Source: Telmatocola sphagniphila (GTDB lineage Bacteria; Planctomycetota; Planctomycetia; Gemmatales; Gemmataceae). Taken from it: 32,000 nucleotides of DNA. Shown here in pieces: positions 16,615 through 25,501 of the stretch (the stretch's first letter is position 1; each line of letters opens with the position of its first letter). The DNA lies in the NCBI RefSeq assembly GCF_018398935.1, contig NZ_CP074694.1, positions 6,270,001-6,302,000 of the forward strand, written 5' to 3'. Under the pieces are notes generated by a model that was not told where the DNA came from, did no database searches, and saw only the letters and a list, made by a program, of their open reading frames with translations. Both the position numbers and the translations under genes were made by a program.

Positions 16615-17804
16615 TCGCGTGGCTGAAGTTTAGCGTGCCCCTGAGGAGCGATGAAAACATCTTCCTTCGGAAACATCTGGAATAACTCCCTTGGCTTACC
16701 AAAGTTGGTGGCCAGCACGTCGGCGGGGTTCCCGGCGATCCACTGCGACAGGTCGATCACCTCGTAAGTGCCCGAATTGAATCCAATCAGAACCCGGCAT
16801 GGTTTGTCCCCAACGTTTTCGATGGAGTGCCCATAGCCCTGGGGAATGTACCCCACGTCTCCTTTTTGCAGGGTTTCGGTCCGGTATCGGCCGTGCGAAC
16901 CAAACATCGTTACACTGATATTTCCCTCGATCAAGTACTGCCATTCGTCCGCATTGGGATGCCAGTGGAGTTCCCGCAATGCGCCCGGTTCGAGATCGAG
17001 AACGACGCCGGTGATTGTCTTCGAGATCGGGAATCTCGTTGAATCGAGTCGCCATTCTCGGCCGCCTTTGAAGACCTTGTGAGGGGGTTGTTCGAGAAGC
17101 TGATATTTGTGAGTCAGAGCGGGTAATTTTCGTCCCTGCAACGGGACGGCGGGCTCTGTCGGGGGCACCGCGCCCCGAGCGAAGTAGACTTCCTCTTTCG
17201 GGAAACCATCGAAGCTCGACTCCGGGAGGCCGAAGTTCTTTGCGAGTAGAGCTTTTGGAGTGTGTCCCAGCCAATCGCTGATACTGAATGTTCCAAACTC
17301 GGAAAAATATCCGTTGTCGAAAATCAAAATGAAATGGCAAGGTTTATCGCCGAGGCACTGGAGCATGTGACCGTGCCCGCGCGGGAAGTACCACACGTCG
17401 CCGGGCACGAAGTCGTTCGTCTCGCCGTTTCCTTGTGGATCGATGACCGTGGTGCGGACGTGGCCGCTGAGCACCAGAGCCCACTCCGCTGCCGTCGCGT
17501 GCCAGTGGAGTTCCCGCATTGCCCCCGGTTCGAGCTGCATCGAGACACCGGCAATTCCCTTGGAAATCGGCAACTGGGCGACGGTCGCTTCCTTCCCGAA
17601 ACTGTTGCCAATCACTTTGCCTTCCGATTTTTCCAAAGAGAATTTGAAAGTCGGCAGATCTTTGCCCGCAAGCAGTGGGTCGGGAACATTGTTCTGGAAA
17701 GATGGATCGCTAGCCGCTGCCGACGCAGCTCCCCCCAAACTATCCATGGCGGCCATGAAAGCGGCCGCGCCGAACAGAAACTCTCGACGCTGTACGTTCG
17801 ACAT
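16611..17804 (-). CDS. Bicupin oxalate decarboxylase/oxidase family protein with Tat-type signal
   Basis: Two cupin modules, RELHWHATAAEWALVLSGHVR...GDVWYFPRGHGHMLQ and RELHWHPNADEWQYLIEGNISV...GDVGYIPQGYGHSIEN, colinear with Bacillus OxdC as I recall it. The preferred start MSNVQRREFLFGAAAF... gives a twin-arginine leader; the track ORF extends to 17864. Confidence 0.9.
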   Translation of the reverse strand: MSNVQRREFLFGAAAFMAAMDSLGGAASAAASDPSFQNNVPDPLLAGKDLPTFKFSLEKSEGKVIGNSFGKEATVAQLPISKGIAGVSMQLEPGAMRELHWHATAAEWALVLSGHVRTTVIDPQGNGETNDFVPGDVWYFPRGHGHMLQCLGDKPCHFILIFDNGYFSEFGTFSISDWLGHTPKALLAKNFGLPESSFDGFPKEEVYFARGAVPPTEPAVPLQGRKLPALTHKYQLLEQPPHKVFKGGREWRLDSTRFPISKTITGVVLDLEPGALRELHWHPNADEWQYLIEGNISVTMFGSHGRYRTETLQKGDVGYIPQGYGHSIENVGDKPCRVLIGFNSGTYEVIDLSQWIAGNPADVLATNFGKPRELFQMFPKEDVFIAPQGHAKLQPRE

Positions 17805-17871
17805 GACTTCTCCCGGGTGAAACGCCGGCCAGCAAGTTCCTCTCTTTACAGTTGCTGAACGCAAGCTGGCT

Positions 17872-18405
17872 TTACTTCTTACCTACATGCTTGCTAAGGA
17901 ACTCTTTCATCAGTCCAGCGATCTCATCTCCATTGGTTTCCAGGGCGAAGTGACCCGCGTCGAGGAGGTGGTAATGCAAAGTCTTCAGGTCGCGTTTATA
18001 AGGCTCGGCCCCGGTGGTTATGCGGTTCATGCTTCTGAAAGCCGCGCGTAAATCGACCGAAACGTCGTAGTCCCGTGCACAGAGGGAATCCTTATTCCCT
18101 CTGATTTTTTCGGTGAACTCTTCCATCCTGTTTGCCAGATTGTCAAATGTGTAATGCAACTTCAAACGAGATGGCAGCGAACTGGGTCCGTAGTCGGGTG
18201 TGTCGACCGGAGAGTGGTCTGCCAGCGCCGGTCTCAAATTTCGGAAAAGTCGCGAACTGGTGAGAAAACTTGAAGCGCTGGCAGAGTCGGGGCTACCTTG
18301 GTGCCCGCTTCTCCATAGAAGTTCTCCAACTCCCTCACCCGGCTGGGTTGAAAAGCCCCCCCAGGCGCTAACCGTAATCGGAAATAAAAATCGAGAGGAC
18401 TTCAT
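17872..18405 (-). pseudogene. Degenerate, internally deleted alpha/beta-hydrolase remnant
   Basis: Retains TSSRLFRNLRPALAD, YTFDNLANRMEEFTEKI, DYDVSVDLRAAF and the C-terminal AEPYKRDL...LLDAGHFALETNGDEIAGLMKEFL. It lacks the HGFP oxyanion motif, and roughly 120 aa (the cap/lid and core strands) between the nucleophile region and the C-terminal His region. The N-terminal 50 aa look like decayed sequence. Confidence 0.6.
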
Positions 18406-18457
18406 GAAACCGATTCTGGATGCACCTCAAAAGGAGAGCGTTCTATTGGAAGTTGCT

Positions 18458-19279
18458 TTACCCCTGTAGGAAGGCCAGCAGATCGGCATTGACCCGGTCT
18501 TTGTGAGTACTGGTGAGACCATGCGGTGCACCTGGGTAAATTTTCAGAGTTGAACCTTTGACGATTTTGGCCGACAGTAGCGCCGAAGCGGCGATAGGTA
18601 CGATCTGATCGTCATCGCCGTGAATAAACAGTGTCGGAATGTCGAATTTCTTGAGATCCTCGGTCAGATCGGTCTCGGAAAAGACTTGAATGCAGTCGAA
18701 GGCATTCTTGAAACCCGCTTGCATGCCCTGTAACCAGAAGAAGTCGCGAAGGCCTTGAGACACTTTGGATTCTGCTCTATTGGCACCGTAGAAAGGCGCG
18801 CTCAGCTCTTTAAACAATTGGGAGCGGTCCGCGAGAAAATTCTTTCGCAATCCATCGAAGACTTCGATGGGCAACCCCCCGGGATTCGCTTTGGTTTTCA
18901 GCATCAAAGGGGGAATTGCCCCAATAAGCACGGCCTTCGAAACACGCTGCGTGCCATGCCGGCCGATATAGCGAGCCACCTCACCGCCACCGGTAGAGTG
19001 TCCGATGTGGATGGCGTTTTTAAGATCGAGAGTTTTCACCAACTCCGCGAGATCGTCCGCATAGGTGTCCATATCGTTGCCATCCCAGGGTTGACTGGAG
19101 CGGCCATGACCGCGGCGATCATGTGCAATTACTCGATAGCCATGTTCACCTAAAAAATACATTTGGTCCTCCCAGGCATCGGCACTCAGTGGCCAACCAT
19201 GGCTGAAAACAACGGGCTGTCCCGAACCCCAATCCTTGAAGTAGATCTTCGTGCCGTCTTTGGTTTTGAACTCACTCAT
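18458..19279 (-). CDS. Alpha/beta hydrolase, non-haem chloroperoxidase/arylesterase family
   Basis: [46 protein letters not shown], nucleophile elbow GHSTGGGEV, and C-terminal GAPHGL. Full length at 273 aa. Confidence 0.93.
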   Translation of the reverse strand: MSEFKTKDGTKIYFKDWGSGQPVVFSHGWPLSADAWEDQMYFLGEHGYRVIAHDRRGHGRSSQPWDGNDMDTYADDLAELVKTLDLKNAIHIGHSTGGGEVARYIGRHGTQRVSKAVLIGAIPPLMLKTKANPGGLPIEVFDGLRKNFLADRSQLFKELSAPFYGANRAESKVSQGLRDFFWLQGMQAGFKNAFDCIQVFSETDLTEDLKKFDIPTLFIHGDDDQIVPIAASALLSAKIVKGSTLKIYPGAPHGLTSTHKDRVNADLLAFLQG

Positions 19280-20271
19280 CGGCTAGCTCCTTATTTCTCG
19301 CAATTTAGATAGATCGGTAGTTTCGATTACGAGGGATGGTATCTGAAAATGGCAGGTTCAGCGAATCGCTTCTGACGAAAAAGAAAATCCAACTTTCGAC
19401 GGCGGAAGGAAGGCTAAAGCTCGTCCCGAATATAAAACTTAAAGGCGAGTTTGCAGGCCTGTCCATCTGTCCCAGGGACCTCATCACACTCACATTCGAA
19501 CCAAACGCCATGAAACTGAGAATTTGATCCTCCGAGCCAATTAAAGCTTTCATGAAACCGCGCGTCTCGAAAAACATTTGCGTCCGAGCGAGGGGCGCCA
19601 AGAATAGCCGGACAATTCGGTCGCTAGCTGCTATCAAACTGTCGGTTTCTTTGCTGACTCTGCCAGTTGTTTCCACCCGAACCTGCAGTTTCACTTTGGT
19701 GGCTGATCTTTCTGTCCTGCTCATCAATTCACTGCGAAACCTACTATCGATACCCTCGGACTTCATCTGCTCTTTCAGTGCGTCCGAGACTTCCGGATCT
19801 TCTCGTTCAAGTAATCAATGCTCGCCGAGAATTTTCATGGTTCAAATCTTCACTTGACGAGCCCATTTTGGAAGCCCTACCAGCTAGGACTCAGCCAATT
19901 TCGAGTGGATCGTATCAATACGGTTTCCATCGTCCGGCCTCTGACATGTCTTACTAAGCGTAAGCGGTAGACAGGCCGTTCGATAGTTTCGCGAAAGTGA
20001 AGTCTGCGGATTGAAAGCGGGACAAAAGGAAGAGAAATTTATTATCGAAGAATCAAAAGGGGAGGTTTGATGAGTTTGCAGGCTCGATGCGTCGAAGAGC
20101 CGTTGCGAACTCCGCTCCAAGTCCGATTCACTTTTCGAGCACTTATGCGGCACTTTTAGCCAAGATCGCAGACTCCTTGGTATCTGCCAGATCGAGAATC
20201 GTTCGCCAAAGAGCAAAGTTTTGCCGCACTTTTTGCTAGAAAAGGGGGTGACTTGCATATACAATTCACGT

Positions 20272-20721
20272 ATGAGCCAGAAAAAAAACTACGCGACCCG
20301 CATGGCCAGCTGTTGTCTCGGTTTTCGCATGCGCGTACTCAACCGGGTGGTCAGCGGGATCTACGATGCGGCCCTGCGGCCTCATGGGGTTCGTGTCAGT
20401 CAAGTCAACATTCTGGTGGCCATTGCCTATTCGGGCCCGGTGCGGGGCGTCGATCTTTGCCACACCATGATGATGGATCAGTCGACCATGAGCCGGGATC
20501 TCGAACGGCTTATCGCTCGAAAATGGATAAATACTACCCCCGGGGTTGGGCGAGCTAACCTGCTCGAGATAACCGACCTTGGTCGCGCGCTCATTGAAAA
20601 AATTGGACCCGATTGGGAGAAGGCTCAGGCTCAGGTTCATGAGATCTGCGGACCTGCACTGGCCGCCAATATCTTGGAAGCGGTCGTCCGCCTGGATAAA
20701 TTGGAATCCCAAAAAATGTAG
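20272..20721 (+). CDS. MarR-family transcriptional regulator
   Basis: Winged-helix region VSQVNILVAIAYSGPVRGVDLCHTMMMDQSTMSRDLERLIARKWI...R.NLLEITDLGR. ATG 20272 (MSQKKNY...) is preferred over the TTG at 20221. Confidence 0.85.
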   Translation: MSQKKNYATRMASCCLGFRMRVLNRVVSGIYDAALRPHGVRVSQVNILVAIAYSGPVRGVDLCHTMMMDQSTMSRDLERLIARKWINTTPGVGRANLLEITDLGRALIEKIGPDWEKAQAQVHEICGPALAANILEAVVRLDKLESQKM

Positions 20722-20822
20722 GCTCTCTTAACTTGCTTGAAGCTGGGAACCGCGATCAGTACCGGTCGGGTAGTCGGTAAATGAAATTTTGAGATCCAAT
20801 AACACTTAAAACGGAGAGAGTT

Positions 20823-21422
20823 ATGAAGTTTTTAATGTTGCAGGCGGGATTCGTATTAGCTTCATTATCGATTTCGAGCGGACCTAATCCCTCCGCACCC
20901 AGTAAGACAGTCGAAAAAGATGATGCATCATCCCTGCGGGAAGTGAAAACGATTAGTGTTGAGCACGTTCACATTTCCGCGGAGAAGTCGTATGAGGCGG
21001 TTACCAAGGCCTTTCTCGAGCAACTGGGTAAGCTCGACTCTACCGAGTTCCGCCAGTCCCTTGCAAAAAAAGACGCGGAAGCGACTCGAGCCAAGCTCGA
21101 ACGAATGAAAGGTTCCAGCGGATTCATGCTTTTCGAAGCCCAGGAGCACGGCAAGCTCTTGCATCTGGTCGGACAGGACAAGCAAGCCGTACAGTATGTG
21201 ATCGGAAATCCGCTATTCGCAGTCGAAATGACTCGATTTGACCTTCGAGCCAGTCTTTATGCTCCTCTTCGCGTGTTAATCTATTCATCCGAAGGCAAGA
21301 CTCACATCGAGTTCGACCGACCGTCCAGCCTGTTTGGACAGTTTCACAGTGCGAAAATCGACCGAATTTCTAAGGGCTTAGATCAAAAATTGGAGGATTT
21401 GATATCCGCTTCGATCCGGTAA
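20823..21422 (+). CDS. Secreted DUF302-like protein
   Basis: Signal peptide MKFLMLQAGFVLASLSISSG. The C-terminal part, FMLFEAQEHGKLL...YVIGNPLFAVEMTRFDLRASLYAPLRVLIYSSEGKTHIEFDRPSSLF, fits the DUF302 pattern as I recall it. Confidence 0.6.
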   Translation: MKFLMLQAGFVLASLSISSGPNPSAPSKTVEKDDASSLREVKTISVEHVHISAEKSYEAVTKAFLEQLGKLDSTEFRQSLAKKDAEATRAKLERMKGSSGFMLFEAQEHGKLLHLVGQDKQAVQYVIGNPLFAVEMTRFDLRASLYAPLRVLIYSSEGKTHIEFDRPSSLFGQFHSAKIDRISKGLDQKLEDLISASIR

Positions 21423-21619
21423 TTTCGGAGGGATCGTCTCGAATTGATTTACAGACATCCCAAGTAAGGGTTCTTAGCCAACAAGTGCTGGACTTTCCCC
21501 TGGGGATGCTCCCCGGACGAATGCAAAATAAAGAAAACTTTGGAACAGATGTTTGGGTGAATTCTGAGATTGGTTACAAATTGGCAACAAAACCCATGTC
21601 AATCTGAAGTGTTTCAGAC

Positions 21620-21654
21620 AATAAAAAGCCCCGCAAGTGCTTGACACTGCGGGG
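21620..21654 (-). terminator. Intrinsic terminator downstream of tRNA-Thr
   Basis: Stem ccccgca (21629-21635) pairs with tgcgggg (21648-21654). On the minus strand it is followed by CTTTTTATT, and it is A/T-flanked on both sides, so it may act bidirectionally. Confidence 0.6.
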
Positions 21655-21665
21655 TTTAAAAAAAC

Positions 21666-21737
21666 AGCCGCCTCGGGGATTTGAACCCCGGACCCCCGCT
21701 TTACGAAAGCGGTGCACTACCGCTGTGCTAAGGCGGC
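21666..21737 (-). tRNA. tRNA-Thr (anticodon CGU)
   Basis: The cloverleaf was folded by hand. Acceptor GCCGCCT/AGGCGGC, D-stem GCAC/GTGC, anticodon stem CCGCT/AGCGG with loop TTCGTAA, variable region GGGTC, T-arm CGGGG-TTCAAAT-CCCCG. It is 72 nt and does not encode CCA. Confidence 0.9.
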
Positions 21738-21885
21738 TTCGATACCAAGAGACACTATCCCTCTTAGATCGGTTCGCTCATCGACAAACTATAAATTAGT
21801 TTACGCATCGATTTTGACAAGCCCAACTTCCCCCGACCCCATTGTGAATAAAACAAACTACGAGTCAATTGGAGGGGATACTATC

Positions 21886-22761
21886 ATGCATAAACGAGCC
21901 GTTGAATATCTTCTGGGTCTGCAGGATCGGATTTGCAGCCGGTTGGAACAATTGGATGGCCAAGCCAAATTCCGAGAAGACACCTGGAAGCGTGAAGGAG
22001 GCGGCGGCGGACGCACTCGAGTCATAGGCGATGGCCAGGTCTTCGAAAAAGGGGGCGTCAATTTCTCCGAAGTTTTCGGGGAAATGACCCCGGAATTCTC
22101 CAAGCAGATCCCCGGCGATGGATCCAAGTTTACCGCAACTGGTGTCTCGCTGGTAATCCATCCCCGCAATCCGTTTGTCCCTACGGTTCACGCCAATTAC
22201 CGCTTCCTCACCAAAGGCGACATGACCTGGTTCGGCGGCGGTGCCGATCTGACGCCTTATTATCCGTTTGAGGAAGACGCCGTGCATTTCCATCAAGTGC
22301 ACAAGAATGTCTGCGACAAACATCCGGACGCCGCGAATTACGCCAAAATGAAGAAAGACTGCGACGAATATTTTTACCTGCCGCACCGCAAGGAAGCTCG
22401 AGGAATCGGTGGAATATTCTTCGATTATCTGCAGGGCGATATGGAAAAAATCTTTGCGTTCGTCCGGGACGCCGGGGACGCCTTCACAGAAGCGTATGGG
22501 CCGATAGTCGAACGGCGTCGCAACTTACCTTATGCCGAGAAGCATCGCTACTTCCAGGAATTTCGCCGGGGACGTTATGTGGAATTCAATCTGATCTACG
22601 ACCGGGGAACGATTTTCGGCCTGAAGACCGGCGGGCGAACGGAATCGATTCTGATGTCGCTGCCGCCCACAGTGCGCTATCTCTACGACTACCATCCCGA
22701 ACCGGGCTCGGAGGAAGCGAAAATCGCGGAAATTGTCACCAATCCTCGGGATTGGGTTTAG
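21886..22761 (+). CDS. hemF: Oxygen-dependent coproporphyrinogen III oxidase
   Basis: [86 protein letters not shown]. The ATG at 21886 is preceded by ggagggg. The 5' extension in the track ORF (from 21712) runs through the tRNA gene. Confidence 0.95.
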   Translation: MHKRAVEYLLGLQDRICSRLEQLDGQAKFREDTWKREGGGGGRTRVIGDGQVFEKGGVNFSEVFGEMTPEFSKQIPGDGSKFTATGVSLVIHPRNPFVPTVHANYRFLTKGDMTWFGGGADLTPYYPFEEDAVHFHQVHKNVCDKHPDAANYAKMKKDCDEYFYLPHRKEARGIGGIFFDYLQGDMEKIFAFVRDAGDAFTEAYGPIVERRRNLPYAEKHRYFQEFRRGRYVEFNLIYDRGTIFGLKTGGRTESILMSLPPTVRYLYDYHPEPGSEEAKIAEIVTNPRDWV

Positions 22762-22868
22762 AATTGGGCGCGCAAAATAAGCGTTCTGAAGTTATCGGAT
22801 TTCAGTGACCAGACAAAAAGGTGCGGGTTGCTAGCCTTCCCGCCGATAGAGCCGGAGGGCCAAACCGC

Positions 22869-22955
22869 TTATTTGCGATGGCGGATACGCGAACGCATAC
22901 GTCGCTTCTTGCGACCAACTTTTCGGCGACCACTACCGCGTCGACGGGCACCCAT
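22869..22955 (-). CDS. Candidate 28-aa highly basic peptide (ribosomal-protein-like composition)
   Basis: Hand translation gives MGARRRGSGRRKVGRKKRRMRSRIRHRK, ending in TAA. A strong SD (AAGGAGAGG) is present, with the GGAG core 8 nt upstream of the ATG. It is too short to appear in the supplied ORF track. Confidence 0.5.
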   Translation of the reverse strand: MGARRRGSGRRKVGRKKRRMRSRIRHRK

Positions 22956-23226
22956 GCAGACCTCTCCTTGCAATTCGGAACTTCAAGAGTTATCAATTCG
23001 GGAACAAATGTTTTTAGATAATTTCTCCCGATACGACAAGTGGTTAAGCTCAGTTGTCGGTGGCTTTGGCAAAAAATCCCGCACTAATCGGTGGAATCTT
23101 CCATTCGAGGCCAAATCCCGGCCAGCGATACCGCTTTTCGAGTTCATTCCATTCGGTAGGAGTGCGGCATCTTCTAATGAATTTGAGGATGCCTATTCGC
23201 TCAAACGAAAGTCTTAGAGTTGTGGG

Positions 23227-23574
23227 TCAGCTGACGCCTAACAACTCAATCGTGAAGTGGAGGGTCGCATTCGGCGGAATTACGTCGTCGATACCTGCTG
23301 CTCCGTAGCCCAGTTTACCGGGAATCACCAGTTTCCGGGTACCGCCGATTTTCATCCCGGCGACTCCTTCGTCCCAGCCTTTAATCACCATGCCCGCCCC
23401 GAGACGGAAACCAAAAGGACGGTTGCGGTCCCGGCTGCTGTCGAATTTGCTGCCGTTATCAAAGGTGCCTACGTAGTGTACGGAGACCTGTTTGCCCGCG
23501 ACCGCTTCGGCTCCCGTTCCGACAACCACGTCTTCATACTGAAGGCCGCTTGGAGTAGTAATCATAACGCTCAT
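23227..23574 (-). CDS. FKBP-type peptidyl-prolyl cis-trans isomerase
   Basis: GLQYEDVVVGTGAEAVAGKQVSVHYVGTFDNGSKFDSSRDRNRPFGFRLGAGMVIKGWDEGVAGMKIGGTRKLVIPGKLGYG is a canonical FKBP domain. Confidence 0.93.
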   Translation of the reverse strand: MSVMITTPSGLQYEDVVVGTGAEAVAGKQVSVHYVGTFDNGSKFDSSRDRNRPFGFRLGAGMVIKGWDEGVAGMKIGGTRKLVIPGKLGYGAAGIDDVIPPNATLHFTIELLGVS

Positions 23575-23693
23575 CCTAAAAGAAATTTTTTCTCTCTCCC
23601 CAATGTAGCGATTTGCGTTCCTTTTGGCGGGTAGTGGGAGATGTGGGGAGCGAAAAATCTTTGGAACGGCCTGAAGCGTAAGCTCTCGCGAGA

Positions 23694-24320
23694 TCAGGCA
23701 ACCCCTTGAAGATGAAAATTCGAATTCAGCACTTGCACGCCGGTTTTCCCCTTCTCATTCACGACCAGGGAGATGGAACAGTTATCCAGGGAGAATTTGC
23801 GAGCCTTGGCCGCCCCCAACCCCAATAAGTCCGCCAGGTAGACGCGATTGACAATATGGTGGCTGACCACCAGAACCGCTTTACCCGCATGGCGAGTGAT
23901 GATCTCCTCGATGGCACCCCGAGTACGATCCAAGACCTGCTGAAAGTTCTCGCCTCCTTTATAACCCTGCACGGCCGGATTAGCCATGAACCGGTCATAA
24001 AGACCCGGCTCGTTCTCTTTGATCTCTTCCCAGCTCTGGCCTTCCCAGTCGCCAATATCACATTCGATGAGAGACTGCACGGCAACCGGTTTGATTTTGT
24101 GCGGAGCGGCCAAGATCTGAGCAGTCTGCAGAGCTCGCAACATCGGCGATGAGTACACGGCATCGAGTGGGCGAACCGCCAGAAATTCCGCCGTCACCCG
24201 GGCTTGCATTTCACCTACCGAATGCAACGGGGGATTTTGCCGCCGTCCCTGGAGCAAGGCGGGGTGAGCCAGATTGTTAGCCGTGGCGGCGTGCCGCAGA
24301 AGATAGAGAATTGTTCGCAT
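23694..24320 (-). CDS. Histidine phosphatase family protein (phosphoglycerate mutase-like)
   Basis: N-terminal LLRHAATANN (RHG-type motif), SPMLRALQTA, and VVSHHIVNR (second catalytic His region). Confidence 0.85.
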   Translation of the reverse strand: MRTILYLLRHAATANNLAHPALLQGRRQNPPLHSVGEMQARVTAEFLAVRPLDAVYSSPMLRALQTAQILAAPHKIKPVAVQSLIECDIGDWEGQSWEEIKENEPGLYDRFMANPAVQGYKGGENFQQVLDRTRGAIEEIITRHAGKAVLVVSHHIVNRVYLADLLGLGAAKARKFSLDNCSISLVVNEKGKTGVQVLNSNFHLQGVA

Positions 24321-24391
24321 TCAGCTTTCCTAGTTAGGCGTTCAAGGAGCTTGTATACGCTTGAAAAAAATCCGGTGAATTTCTTGCAACG

Positions 24392-25366
24392 TTATCGATG
24401 CTGGACCAGCAGCACGGCCACCTCAGCCGCCGCGATCAGGCTTCCTTCTTCCGCAATATTCTGCCCGGCGATGTTGTAGGCCGTGCCGTGTGCGACACTG
24501 GTGCGAATAATTGGCAGACCGCTGGTAATATTCACGCAACGCGGACCGCTTCGCAACTTCATGGCGATGTGTCCTTCATCGTGATACATGGCCACAATGC
24601 CGTCAAAGTCTCCCTTGTTTGCCAGAACGAACAGCGTATCGGCGGGGTGGGGGCCACTGGCATCGATTCCTTCCGCCCGGGCCAATCGCACGGCGGGAGC
24701 AATGATCTTCTCTTCCTCATCACCAAATAGTCCACCATCGGAACCATGCGGATTCAGGGCGGCCACGGCGATACGCGGTGGCTTCTTTCCCAACCGAGGA
24801 AGAAGATCCTGCAACAGCCGGATTTTTTCCAGCACCGCCTCTGTACTCAATTTCGCAAATACATCCCTCAAAGCACAATGTAAAGTCACGTGGGCCACCG
24901 CCAGATCGTCGCCGTAGAGTACCATGGCATAGTGCGGAGTGTTTGTCTTTTCCGCCAGGATTTCCGTGTGCCCCGGGTAGTGAAGATCCGCGGCCCGCAA
25001 TCCCTCCTTGTGTAAAGGAGCCGTGACAATCGCGTCGATGATTCCTTTCTGGGCCGCTTCGATCCCGGCCACCAGAAAATCGTACGCGGCCTGTCCCGCC
25101 TCTCGGCAGACCTTCCCCAGTTGCACCGATTCGAGATTTTCGCGAGTGCACTGTCGGCAAGGAATCTGATGGGGATTCGCCGGGTGGGATTCCTCAACGA
25201 CCCGACAGTCACCTTTGAGTTGTTGAATCGCCCTTTGCAGCGAAAAGACGTCTCCATAGACCACCGGGGCACCGATCTCGCACAGCCGCGGCCAGGCTTT
25301 TACGACAATTTCGGGACCAATCCCGGCCACATCGCCGAGCGTAATAGCTAAACGGGGAATACTCAT
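24392..25366 (-). CDS. pdxA: 4-hydroxythreonine-4-phosphate dehydrogenase
   Basis: ITLGDVAGIGPEIV, IVTAPLHKEGL, YPGHTEILA, ALNPHGSDGGLFGDEE, VAMYHDEGHIAMK, IRTSVAHGTAYNIAG. Confidence 0.93.
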   Translation of the reverse strand: MSIPRLAITLGDVAGIGPEIVVKAWPRLCEIGAPVVYGDVFSLQRAIQQLKGDCRVVEESHPANPHQIPCRQCTRENLESVQLGKVCREAGQAAYDFLVAGIEAAQKGIIDAIVTAPLHKEGLRAADLHYPGHTEILAEKTNTPHYAMVLYGDDLAVAHVTLHCALRDVFAKLSTEAVLEKIRLLQDLLPRLGKKPPRIAVAALNPHGSDGGLFGDEEEKIIAPAVRLARAEGIDASGPHPADTLFVLANKGDFDGIVAMYHDEGHIAMKLRSGPRCVNITSGLPIIRTSVAHGTAYNIAGQNIAEEGSLIAAAEVAVLLVQHR

Positions 25367-25501
25367 TTAGTTTTCTTAACGCTTAGCGGGTGTTTTCAGC
25401 AAGCAAATTTGTTCCTAATACTAAATCCTTGCCTTGTTTCCCGTTCAGAGTTAAGCTTCATCCGTGAACTTGTACACTTCCATCCTGAAAGGGTAAACCC
25501 C

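Noticed and set aside
16696-17858. Alternative-frame ORFs (214 aa minus, 198 aa plus, 125 aa plus) inside the bicupin gene.
   Set aside because: The bicupin frame carries two complete cupin motif sets. The others are Arg/Pro-rich shadows.
19884-20264. 126-aa minus-strand ORF upstream of the MarR gene.
   Set aside because: It is Ser/Leu/Phe-rich and low complexity, with no SD and no motif. It overlaps the likely MarR promoter.
21423-21737. tRNA-Thr as an integration site for a genomic island or prophage.
   Set aside because: No integrase, no direct repeat of the tRNA 3' end and no phage-like genes appear on either side within the window.
21712-21885. The 5' extension of the hemF ORF in the track ([14 protein letters not shown]...), giving a 349-aa protein.
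   Set aside because: The extension runs antisense through the tRNA-Thr gene (21666-21737). A good ATG with a ggagggg SD at 21886 gives a normal-length HemF.
22828-23217. 129-aa plus-strand ORF between hemF and the FKBP gene.
   Set aside because: Its N-terminal half is the antisense of the basic mini-ORF (an Arg-rich mirror). The C-terminal half has no motif or SD. It was kept only as a remote possibility.
24398-25351. Several 60-150-aa ORFs on both strands within pdxA.
   Set aside because: The PdxA frame is unambiguous, so these are shadow ORFs.
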